From Bigelowiella natans CCMP2755 (Eukaryota > Protista > Cercozoa), in contig ADNK01000007.1 in NCBI GenBank assembly GCA_000320545.1, positions 1-64,000 of the forward strand: a stretch of 64,000 bases of DNA, read 5' to 3'. A model generated the notes under the pieces. That model saw only the letters and a list, made by a program, of their open reading frames with translations, was not told the DNA's origin and did no database searches. Shown here one piece after another: positions 41,481-51,070 of the stretch (position 1 is its first letter; each line of letters opens with the position of its first letter). Both the position numbers and the translations under genes were made by a program.

Positions 41481-42109
41481 TGAAAATCTTTTTTTTTCAA
41501 TGATTTTCAGAGTGGATTTGGATTTCCAACCATTGGATTTCGATTGTGTGATTTTTTTCCAGCCGAATTTTTATTGGACCAATTTCAAGCTTTCATTCAA
41601 AGTTGTGGTGCTCGTAGATGTGTAACAACATAGTTGGGAAGTCAAGGGCGCGAAAAGATTAACTAACTAACTAACTAACTAAATAACTAGATCTAGATCA
41701 TCTAGTCTACACTGTCGCATCTGTTCGGCAAGTAGAAAGAAGCTTGGATCTAGAAATGAAGAAAGCACAAATTTTACTCAAACGATGAAATTGCAGTGGG
41801 ACATTTAACAGAGTCATGCTGATTCTGCCAATCTTACAAGAAATCACATTTCCAAATGGCAATTAACACGCTATCGTAGTCTACTTCCCAATCTTCCGTC
41901 AAAGCATAAAACCCATCACGTTTTCTTCATGCGACTTCAATAACATGAATGTCTCTAGGAAAAAACATCTAACTTTATCCGTTACTCCATCACGAACACG
42001 TAGTTCAATCCAATTTGTGGTCAGACAGACCTTGGTAGATCGAATAACAATTTATTCCAAAACATCAATAAATTCCAGGTAATTTTTTGCAAAAGTGCAG
42101 GCGATTCAT

Positions 42110-42810
42110 ATATATGTGTTGATATCATGTTGACTGTAGATATATTAGCTTTACCTAAAACATACTTATATACGCCATTTAGCTATGTGAGACGGATGTA
42201 ATGAAATAGCTACTACCTTTATAACATATATACGCCACATAGCTATGTAGCAAGGTGGATCATGTAGACTCTAGATATATTTCTATATATTAGCTACCTA
42301 TAATATATACGCTACATAGCTATCTCATAGCAAGATGGAGCAGTAGTACTATTTTTTAATAACTATATATGTGTTGATATCATGTTGACTGTAGATATAT
42401 TAGCTTTACCTAAAACATACTTATATACGCCATTTAGCTATGTGAGATGAGACGGATGTAATGAAATAGCTATATGTACCAAGGTGGATCATGTAGACTG
42501 TAGATATATTAGCTACCTTTAATACATACACTACATAGCTATCTTATAGCAAGATGGAGCAGTAGTACTATTTTTAATAACTATATGCATTGATATCATG
42601 TAGACTGCATGCGTATAGATGTATTAGCTACCTATAACACATATACTACTACATAGCTGTATACATAGCAACTGATGATATCATTTGTTAGATATTGTAG
42701 ATCGATGTGTTAGCTAATTATGGACACAGCAATATCACATATGCAGCATGCTAGCTACCTGTGCATGATGCACATATAATGCATGCTACAGACATCACAC
42801 ACCTACATAC
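42110..42810. repeat. AT-rich tandem repeat, ~255-bp unit made of ~70-bp subrepeats, degenerating toward the 3' end
   Basis: TATATGTGTTGATATCATGTTGACTGTAGATATATTAGCTTTACCTAAAACATAC occurs at ~42111 and ~42366; a third diverged copy starts at ~42582. Confidence 0.9.
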
Positions 42811-42830
42811 ATGGAGGTAGAGCAACATTG

Positions 42831-43265
42831 TAGACATGTAATATCATATATATACTATATATGCTATTATGATTACATGATCAATTGTCAGCAACAGTGT
42901 ACGTCGTATACGTATTTTTCAGGGCATGGTTGTGCGTGCCGGCGTCCTCCAGGTCAAGAATTCGGGAGATACGTACATGGACGTCAAGCTAAGATCCTCT
43001 TCATCGAGGTGAGCGAAAAGAAAGTTGAAACCCCCGAGGATCATCTAGCTCACAGAAAACCAATCCCGAGCATTGCGACAAGACCCTCGCCGCGAGGACA
43101 ACCATGATTGGATGATGGTGAAGATGGAGATGATCGAAGCCTGGCGAAGAGATAATAGACACAGTAATAGCATATATAATATATATATATATATGATATT
43201 ACATGTCTTATAATAGACACAGTAATAGCATATATAATATATATATGATATTACATGTCTATAAT
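42831..43265. repeat. AT-rich inverted repeats (42831-42870 vs tandem copies ~43152-43262) flanking a GC-richer core
   Basis: TAGACATGTAATATCATATATATACTATATATGCTATTA is mirrored by TAATAGCATATATAATATATATATGATATTACATGTCT, which occurs twice. Confidence 0.8.
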
Positions 43266-43986
43266 AGAGGACCTTCCGCACTCCCACCGTGATCACATCG
43301 TCTTCGTCTTGGGTGGGGACGAGATGACGAGATTGCGATCTGGCCAGGGAAGGAGAAGGGCGAGCAGAAGCTTGTTGTGCCGATCAAGGCTGGCGGTGCC
43401 GTGCTGCCGGTGCCGTGCTGCCGGTGCCGACAGGGCATCGTGTTGTCATCGAAAAATACATTGTGCAGCTCCTAGCTCGCCCTTTCTCTTTGTTCCAATG
43501 CAACACGCTAGCACGGCTCACCGGCTAGCTGTGGTGGGCATGGGACCACGCTGCGCAACACATCCGTCTCACATCATTGGTTCCCATGCAATCTAGCAGC
43601 AGCATCATGTGTGCTTTCGATCAGCTGGATCATGGATGCAAAAGTGTTCATGTCAGCCCGGCCTACTAGCAGCTAGAGCAGAGAGCATGTCGTTCATTGC
43701 GGCATCGTTGCGCGCGCCTCGCTCAGTCATGCTAGCATACAGCATGCATGCACGCATCTCAAGATCTCAACAACACTCCAACAATCTCATCATTCGATCA
43801 TGCGTGCGCATGCAATGAGACGTACAAGCTTGTTTTAGATGATGATGACTATCTACGATGTAGCTAGCTAGCTGTCTAGCTATATAGCTGTGCACACATG
43901 TGGAACTGCACAAACGTAGGTACGGTGAAATACTACTAGCTAGCTAGGTCGATGACAGCTGAATGCGCGCGCACGTATGTCAGACA

Positions 43987-44344
43987 TTTTAGCGGACTAG
44001 CGGTAGCTGTTTGGCTTTTGTGCGCGGGACTGTGCTGTTGATGTTGGAAAGTCAACACGCGGTCTCGTGTGCTTTTGGATTCTGATGATGACTTGTGACT
44101 TGCGCTGCACGCATGTGCGCATTGGGTTCCGGCGCATTCGCGAAGATTCTCGAATCTTCCAGAATTCTCTCGAATTCTCTCGAGTGTTTCTGGAAGGTTC
44201 TCGAAGCTTCCGGAATGTTCTCGAAGATTCTGGAAGTTCTGAGAACTTCCATGCGCATGTGCGCAGCGCAGCGTGCAGCACGAGTGGACGTGCGCATGCT
44301 GCGACAGCTCCTTGATCGTGGGTGGCGCGGCCAGACCGCTGACA
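43987..44344 (-). repeat. 3' LTR
   Basis: Direct repeat of 50713-51070. On the minus strand it starts TGTCAGCGG and ends CCGCTAAAA. Confidence 0.95.
44137..44235. promoter_or_regulatory. Heat-shock element arrays in the 3' LTR
   Basis: 6 perfect alternating nTTCn/nGAAn pentamers (44137-44164) and 10 more (44188-44235). Confidence 0.85.
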
Positions 44345-44354
44345 CGCCCCCATG
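44345..44354 (-). other. Polypurine-tract-like plus-strand primer site (CATGGGGGCG) abutting the 3' LTR
   Basis: Lies immediately before the TG of the 3' LTR on the minus strand and contains a G run. Confidence 0.6.
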
Positions 44355-46099
44355 GACGTGGTGACCACGATCAGAGTGCTGATGTGCACGTGCCATTTCT
44401 GCCATGGTGACAGAACTTTTGCACGGTGCTGCACATGGACGCCATTCCCAAAGGTTTCGGAGTCCGAATGGTTGGCAATGTTTTGCCGACCAAACATCGC
44501 ACCACCAGACGCCCAAAAACTCTGTGCAGAGGCACAAAATTCCCAGGCTTGCAACTGGGCAAGGTGCCATGGGCATGGTGCACTCCGAAATCGGCAGGAA
44601 AAATTCTTGCCTGACTGGGCAAGGTGCCACCATTTCGGTACGAACTGGGACTTGTCCAAAAAATTAATTTTTTTTGAACGACACCAGTGTGCTTCCAGAA
44701 AAGAATTTTTCTGCGACACTGGTGCACTTCCAGAAAAAATTCTGGAATCCCCTGGGCACTTCCAGAAAGATTCCAGAAAAATTCCGGAATGCCCTACGTT
44801 CGTCACCTGCACCCACATGCGGTGTTGACCAAGGCTCGGTAGGTAGGTAGACAGGTGGGTAGTGCAAGTAGTCCTTTCCTCCTTCTTCTTCTTCTTCTGT
44901 TTTTCGTCATCAGCAGTACGAGCAGCACGACCCTTCTGGTTTGATCGTTGCTGTTTGATGCCATCTCTGTCACTTACACTGTCACTACTGCTGCTGCTGT
45001 TTGCGTTGTGATGGCTACGGCGGTCTACTTTGAAGGGTTGTTTCTGATGCCCATGAAAGTTCCAGAAAGATTCCAGATTGTTGCTGCGTTTTTGTGAGAC
45101 TAAGCTAATACTAGCTGTTTCGTTAGTGATATGACGAGGAAGGGGGGGTGGAGGAGCCCCCTCAAAGCTTTGTTGAGGGACCGCTGCTCTTGCCTGGTCC
45201 CGAACGTTCGACCCCAAGTATGCTTCGCCCTGTAGGCGCGATTTTGTCTCATAAGGTGCGGCCAATTTCGATCTATCGGTGTCCTTGCCATGATAACCTT
45301 TTGTGCCAGAACCCTCATTGTGATAGATTTCCCTTCTGCCTGCTTCCATGAAGGGGGGAGCGAGGATTCTCTTACCGGAAAGCTATAACGACGGTTATTG
45401 AATTATTTATATAATAATGAGTCATCACTGAGCACCATAAGGGGCGCTAACTTCCTCATAATGAATATTCACCGCTTCGACCGGCCTGGATCTGTGATAG
45501 CCATTTCTCTGCGTAACTATTTGGTTGTCTTTGTGAATAGGCCCTCCTTGGTAGTCATGCTGTGGACGATCCGTTAACCCTGTATGGAGACTCAAGTTCA
45601 CGTGCCTTAGAAATCGCTATATTACCCATGCTGCTTTGTTGCGGTCTCTGCATTTCTTTATTGTGGCCATTGTACATAGGAGCCACAGCAGATGCCTCGC
45701 CACTTCCAATATAATACCGATAATTGTGTGGATCTCCAGGCGATCGTTTTTCCTTTTGTTAACTTCGTAGGTATCTTGTAGTATACAGCTTTTGCATGTT
45801 CTCTCCTTATATTTGACTTCGTATTTGTTATACACTAGGTATCTCGTCTTCATTATTATATCCGCCCCCATGATTGTGCAGTGTCTGGAAGACACTGTGC
45901 AATCATATAGAAATCTATAGCGTATTCTACATTCGCCCCCATGATAGCGAGAGTGTCTGGAAGACACTGTGCATATAGTCCATAGCAAGATACGCAAGGA
46001 AAGGTACACACATACAAAGATGTGTGCCATTAAAACCTTGCAGCCTATATGTTTATATGTTGTAGGTTTCTAAATGGACGTGGGGCTTTCATAGGGCGA

Positions 46100-49000
46100 C
46101 TAAGCGGACGTGGGGCCGACAAGGCGAGGGAGCTTGTAAGGTAGAGTCTTTGTAGTTATTTTTCTTTTTCTGGTGCCTTGTAGCATGATGGTTAGTTTTT
46201 CTCTGTATGATATAGGGAACAAGAAATCACAGTGTTTCTTGTTGCTAGGTCCTGGTAGAGCCTTAGTAAGTATATCAGCGGGATTGTCCTCCCCAGGTAT
46301 TTTGTTTATGCAGATCTGCTTAGTTTGATAGTTATCACGAATATTGTGATATTCTATCCTTATGTTCTTGCCTTTTTGTGTGAATCCAGGCTTGGCTGCA
46401 ATGGAGATAGCTGCTTGAGAGTCACAATACACAGGTACAGGTTTCGGTATCTTCATCTTTAACTCCTGTAGTAACTGAGTGACATACACTAACTCTCTGC
46501 ATATATCTGATAGTGCTATGTACTCAGCCTCGCCACTGGACATAGCAACGACCTTTTGCTTGTTGCTCTTCCAGACAACAGGTGCGTTGCTTAGCGATAT
46601 GAAATATCCTGAGTATGATTTACCCGTTTTCTTGCAGGTTTTCCAGGAGGCATCGACGTAAGCTTTAAGCTCAGGTTTGGACGCTGCTTTAAAGGTAATT
46701 CTTTTATCCTTTGTATTGACCAGATACTGCAGTAAGCGTACTGCAGCGATGTAGTGTATAGTTCTAGGATCTTGACTGTAGGAAGCTAGACGAGATAGAG
46801 TGTAGCATATGTCTGGTCTAGTAGCCACAGCTGCATACATTGCAGCTCCTATGATGGATCTGTATGCCTTTTGATCCACCTTATCATGCTCCTCGTATTC
46901 GTCTAACTTCGATCCTGTTATCATTGGTGTTTTTGCTCTTTTCGTAGGCGTGATATCATATTTCTGGGCGAGTCTGGTGAGGTAGTCTTCCTGCGATATC
47001 CAATAGTTTCCCTCATTGTCGCTACCAACTCTTATGCCCAGTGTTTTCTTTAGCTCGCCTTCATCGCGAAACTCAAACTTGTCGCCTATTCGCTTCATGA
47101 CAAAGTCCAGGTCTCTCTTATCTTGATATGCTATGCATATGTCATCCACGAAACATGACAATATGATGATTCTTCCTTGTCTGTGCATTATCATTAGGCA
47201 AGGATCGGAATAAAGCTGGACGAAGCCAATGGCGTTGAGATGCTCGAGCAAGGTAAGGCTGAATATTGCACTTGCTTGTGTCAGCCCATAAATGCTTTTG
47301 TTTACCAGTAGGGCTAGTGGAAGGCCACTGTTGTATAGCCGGATTTCCTCAGGTGTCTTCGGCTTCCACCCTTTAGGTATTTCCATGTGTACTTTACAGT
47401 CCATCTTTCCAGTTAGGAAAGCTGTAAGTATATCTATCCCGTGTAGTTTTAGCTTGAGGATAGATGCTATGGCTAACATTATCCGAAAACTATTTAGGGA
47501 CAACGTCGGGGAATAAGAGAAGAAGAAGTCTTCTCCCGGGATCTGCGTGAACCCTCGCGCGACCAGCCTTGACTTATACCGAATGGTATAGTCTACATTT
47601 ATTTTCTTCTTGAATACCCATTTAGATGTAACTAAATTTGTATCCTTAGGTCGCACTACCAGCGTAAACGTTCCAAGTTTTCGAAGCTGGTGCAGTTCCT
47701 CTTCCGTAGAAGGTATCCAATGCTTCTTATCATCTCCTGTGATTGCATCGTCATACGTCTTAGGAAGGTCCTCGATCTCTTGTACTGATGGAGCTTTTAT
47801 GTTCATCAGGCGGTCGTAATAGCTACCAAGTATTCCGTAACGAATACCAGGTACTCCCCTATTTTCTCTATTCGACCTTCGAGGTTTACTTTTTGCTTTT
47901 GTTTCAGGCCCACCATCCTCTGGCAACTCGTCAGTTGCACTGGATGGTTCGGGGGCGTCCGCGTCGGCAGGACCTTCTGGATAAAGGTACGCCAAAGCCG
48001 AATCACTAACTTTGTTTCTCTTCAGCGAAGGAAACTTAAACACTGTGTGGTACCATTTAGTTACACGGACTCTTCTAATTTTCAGCGTCTTCGTGGCGAC
48101 GAGAAAAGTACCAAATCTATCGTCATATCCCAACATACGTACGTATTCACCTCTAGCACCCATACCACCTGCAGGTCGGAGTTCCTTGTCGATGTGGTTT
48201 ACTCCGATGCATCCCCAGGTAGTTAGATTCTTTAGATTTGGTTGCTCATGGTGCAGTAGTTCTTTAGGCGTTTTTCTACCAGGTGTGCTGCGATGTGAGG
48301 TGACGTTGTGGAGATATGCTGCAGTCTGAGCTGCGTAGGACCAGTATCCGACCGGTAAGCGTGCATGTTCTAACATAGCTCTTGTTTTCGCCATGATAGT
48401 CTGTATGTGACGCTCGGACATTCCATTTTGCTCAGGTGTTCGGGCGGTGCTAGGAACCCATTTTATTCCTTCGGAGGTGAGCCAGCTATGTAGCTTTGCG
48501 CTCATATATTCACCTCCACCATCCGATCTGAATTCGTCTATGCTTCCACAACCTGGAAGCTTTCTGATGTGCTTTAGGAACTGTATGGTTTTCTGCGTAA
48601 CTTCGCTTTTCTTTCTCATAAGCTCCAAGGTAACCCACCTTGTTCCTTCATGTACGAATATTACGAAATACTTGTAACCATCCATGCTGTTAGGCATGGT
48701 CTTTACATCAGAGTGAATTCTATTCCACATCCGGTTTTTCTTGTGGATAACAGGTACACATTTTTGCTTCTTTTTGACAGCATCGTCCTCAATCTTTGCT
48801 TTATTCCGATGCTGTTTCATCCTTTCTTGGGCGCTTGGATCAAAGATCGGAGATCTTTTTGTTTTGGCTACATCACAGGCCTTGCAAAAGATCTTCTTTG
48901 GTATTTTTATCGTCTTGGAATAAGGTAAACCTTCTGTAACTGCATAGGTGTCTCTTATCTTATCCGCTGCGATGTGCCCTAGGATGTTATGTGCGTGCTT

Positions 49001-50542
49001 GATTGAAGATGGCTGTTTCATTGGGTAGGATTTAAATCTTTGTGTTTTTGTACTTTTGTTTATTTGTTTATATCTCAAATAAAATAGGCCGTCGTCTTGA
49101 AAGTCCCCGAACGCGTATTCCTCTCCGTTGGCGGTAATGCTTATTCCTTGTTTTGTCCCTTTGTACTCGCTGCCACTCTTAACTAGTCTGTTTAGAGAAA
49201 TCACATTGCCTGCAGCTTCTTCAGAGTACAAAGCTCCTTGTAGAACAATTTTATGCATCTTTCCTTGCTTGTTTTTCGTAGTTAGTTCGACGTCGCCTGC
49301 ATAATCCACAAAGAATCCTGTCCCATCTTTGCCAACTTCTATGTATCGTGGTTGAATAGGTTTCAACTCGTTGAAGAAGTCGCGGTCGCAGAAGAAGTGG
49401 TTGTTGGCTCCGCTGTCGAGAAGGATCAAAGGCTTATGGTTGTACTTCAGCGTGTGCAGGTAAGAATTGTCGCGTGCCATCTTATTAATGTAAGAGGGTC
49501 TTTGGGAAGGGGAGCCATGATCTATAAAAGAATAGTGTTTTCCTTTGTTCTGCTTGCCTTCGTCTCTCATCTTGTTTCTGCATTCCTTTTCCCAATGTCC
49601 TTTCTTGCCACAGTAATGGCATTTTGTTCTTTTCTTTAAGTTCAAGAAATAGTCTTCTCTCTTTTGCTTCTTGGAATTGTCTTGATATGCTTCGCTGTTG
49701 TATCTGTTCTTTCCTTTGTTGAATTTCCTCTTGTAGGTCTTCAGCTGACCCGTAAGTTCATTTAGCCTTTTCTCCAAGCCATCGTACATCTTCACGTATT
49801 TGTGTTCTGCACTGGTGTGTCCTGCATGTTTCTTTGAAGGTTTCTGCCCGTCATCTAACGATCGGGAGTTCATGTGGGAGCGGATCATGTCCACTGCAGA
49901 GTCGAAGGTAAAATCTTTCTTGTTGTTAATGACTGTTACTATAGTCTCGTATTTTTCTCTAGGTACAAGTCCTCGAAGTAGAGTGGTAAGAGCTTGATTG
50001 TCGGAGTATCCTTCGTGCTGTGCTCGAAGTCTTCTGATCGTCGAGTCAAGGTCAGAATGATACTTCGTGAAGTCTCCATTGTACTGACCCATGTTTATAT
50101 CACTTAGCTTCGAATAAAGTTTCCTGACGGCTACAGGATTGGTAGGCTCGTACTTCTCCAGCAAGGCTGCTAAGGTAACTGCTACGTCTTTGGGTTTTCC
50201 TTCGAGTAGATCGAAGAATTTATCAGGAAGGGTAGCAGTGAGGAAGAATCTTCCTCTCTTTCTTTTGTTTATCTTTTCTTGTGATCCTCTTCCTTCGGGT
50301 TTAGGGTTGAGGATGTCGAATTGCTCCTGAGAGAGCTTGAGTACTTCTCGTCGGTGAGCGGGGTCGGTGCGTACATTGACTTCTGTCACCTTTCCTTCTG
50401 TTTCTATGTTGACATTGAAGCATGATTCCAAATCCGCTGCTTCAAAGGCGGACATTAGCTTGTACATGTAGGGCTTGTAGTTGCTACCATCGTACTTGAG
50501 GGTGAAGTTTTTCAGCAGGGAGTCTATCTGCTTTTCTGACAT
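46100..50542 (-). CDS. Copia gag-pol polyprotein (Gag, zinc knuckle, protease, integrase, RT, RNase H), 1480 aa
   Basis: Zinc knuckle CHYCGKKGHWEKEC; protease LLDSGA; integrase zinc finger HNILGH..CKAC; DDE core HSDV..RSDGGGEY..QNGMSER; RT SKWVFK..YKSRLVARGF..KSIYGLTQ..FVDD; RNase H YVDASW..EAEYIA..YCDSQAA..NPADILTK. The order INT-RT-RH defines copia. Confidence 0.98.
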   Translation of the reverse strand: MSEKQIDSLLKNFTLKYDGSNYKPYMYKLMSAFEAADLESCFNVNIETEGKVTEVNVRTDPAHRREVLKLSQEQFDILNPKPEGRGSQEKINKRKRGRFFLTATLPDKFFDLLEGKPKDVAVTLAALLEKYEPTNPVAVRKLYSKLSDINMGQYNGDFTKYHSDLDSTIRRLRAQHEGYSDNQALTTLLRGLVPREKYETIVTVINNKKDFTFDSAVDMIRSHMNSRSLDDGQKPSKKHAGHTSAEHKYVKMYDGLEKRLNELTGQLKTYKRKFNKGKNRYNSEAYQDNSKKQKREDYFLNLKKRTKCHYCGKKGHWEKECRNKMRDEGKQNKGKHYSFIDHGSPSQRPSYINKMARDNSYLHTLKYNHKPLILLDSGANNHFFCDRDFFNELKPIQPRYIEVGKDGTGFFVDYAGDVELTTKNKQGKMHKIVLQGALYSEEAAGNVISLNRLVKSGSEYKGTKQGISITANGEEYAFGDFQDDGLFYLRYKQINKSTKTQRFKSYPMKQPSSIKHAHNILGHIAADKIRDTYAVTEGLPYSKTIKIPKKIFCKACDVAKTKRSPIFDPSAQERMKQHRNKAKIEDDAVKKKQKCVPVIHKKNRMWNRIHSDVKTMPNSMDGYKYFVIFVHEGTRWVTLELMRKKSEVTQKTIQFLKHIRKLPGCGSIDEFRSDGGGEYMSAKLHSWLTSEGIKWVPSTARTPEQNGMSERHIQTIMAKTRAMLEHARLPVGYWSYAAQTAAYLHNVTSHRSTPGRKTPKELLHHEQPNLKNLTTWGCIGVNHIDKELRPAGGMGARGEYVRMLGYDDRFGTFLVATKTLKIRRVRVTKWYHTVFKFPSLKRNKVSDSALAYLYPEGPADADAPEPSSATDELPEDGGPETKAKSKPRRSNRENRGVPGIRYGILGSYYDRLMNIKAPSVQEIEDLPKTYDDAITGDDKKHWIPSTEEELHQLRKLGTFTLVVRPKDTNLVTSKWVFKKKINVDYTIRYKSRLVARGFTQIPGEDFFFSYSPTLSLNSFRIMLAIASILKLKLHGIDILTAFLTGKMDCKVHMEIPKGWKPKTPEEIRLYNSGLPLALLVNKSIYGLTQASAIFSLTLLEHLNAIGFVQLYSDPCLMIMHRQGRIIILSCFVDDICIAYQDKRDLDFVMKRIGDKFEFRDEGELKKTLGIRVGSDNEGNYWISQEDYLTRLAQKYDITPTKRAKTPMITGSKLDEYEEHDKVDQKAYRSIIGAAMYAAVATRPDICYTLSRLASYSQDPRTIHYIAAVRLLQYLVNTKDKRITFKAASKPELKAYVDASWKTCKKTGKSYSGYFISLSNAPVVWKSNKQKVVAMSSGEAEYIALSDICRELVYVTQLLQELKMKIPKPVPVYCDSQAAISIAAKPGFTQKGKNIRIEYHNIRDNYQTKQICINKIPGEDNPADILTKALPGPSNKKHCDFLFPISYREKLTIMLQGTRKRKITTKTLPYKLPRLVGPTSA

Positions 50543-50701
50543 GTTGTTTCGTTCCTGTTTTCTTTGTTTTCAGTGCTTTGGAGGCTTGACCGAAGATTGG
50601 CTGAGGGAATGCTGTTGTCGCTTTCAGTTCCTTCTTCTGGAAGGATGTAGCTGAAGGGGGGGGGTGGGGGGTTTGCTTGGTTCTTTTGCAAGTCCTCTTG
50701 A

Positions 50702-50712
50702 GGCTCATAACC
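50702..50712 (-). other. Primer binding site GGTTATGAGCC, complementary to the anticodon arm of initiator tRNA-Met (half-tRNA priming)
   Basis: Directly follows the 5' LTR. The plus strand reads GGCTCATAACC, the iMet anticodon stem-loop sequence, as used by Drosophila copia and yeast Ty5. Confidence 0.85.
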
Positions 50713-51070
50713 TTTTAGAGGACTAGCGGTAGCTGTTTGGCTTTTGTGCGCGGGACTGTGCTGTTGATGTTGGAAAGTCAACACGCGGTCTCGTGTGCTT
50801 TTGGATTCTGATGATGACTTGTGACTTGCGCTGCACGCATGTGCGCATTGGGTTCCGGCGCATTCGCGAAGATTCTCGAATCTTCCAGAATTCTCTCGAA
50901 TTCTCTCGAGTGTTTCTGGAAGGTTCTCGAAGCTTCCGGAATGTTCTCGAAGATTCTGGAAGTTCTGAGAACTTCCATGCGCATGTGCGCAGCGCAGCGT
51001 GCAGCACGAGTGGACGTGCGCATGCTGCGACAGCTCCTTGATCGTGGGTGGCGCGGCCAGACCGCTGACA
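50713..51070 (-). repeat. 5' LTR
   Basis: Direct repeat of 43987-44344, adjacent to the PBS. Confidence 0.95.
50863..50961. promoter_or_regulatory. Heat-shock element arrays in the 5' LTR
   Basis: Same 6 + 10 perfect alternating pentamers as in the 3' LTR. Confidence 0.85.

Larger units (their letters stand above)
43987..51070 (-). mobile_element. Full-length Ty1/copia LTR retrotransposon (~7.08 kb), very recent
   Basis: Two 358-bp LTRs (43987-44344 and 50713-51070) with one mismatch seen by eye, an intact gag-pol ORF, a PBS and a short PPT. Confidence 0.97.

Noticed and set aside
39757-41500. Stacked overlapping ORFs on both strands (also 44052-44867 and 50723-51338)
   Set aside because: Explained by TpA depletion removing TAA/TAG stops; the Cys/His/Ala-rich translations have no protein motifs.
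42110-42700. Possible CRISPR-like array
   Set aside because: The units are tandem duplications without unique spacers, the context is eukaryotic and no cas genes are present.
39730-44820. Classical RIP or CpG-methylation decay as the cause of the TG/CA excess
   Set aside because: RIP would increase TpA, and CpG remains abundant here (GCGC, CGCG, TCGA); neither explains loss of TA with CTAG spared.
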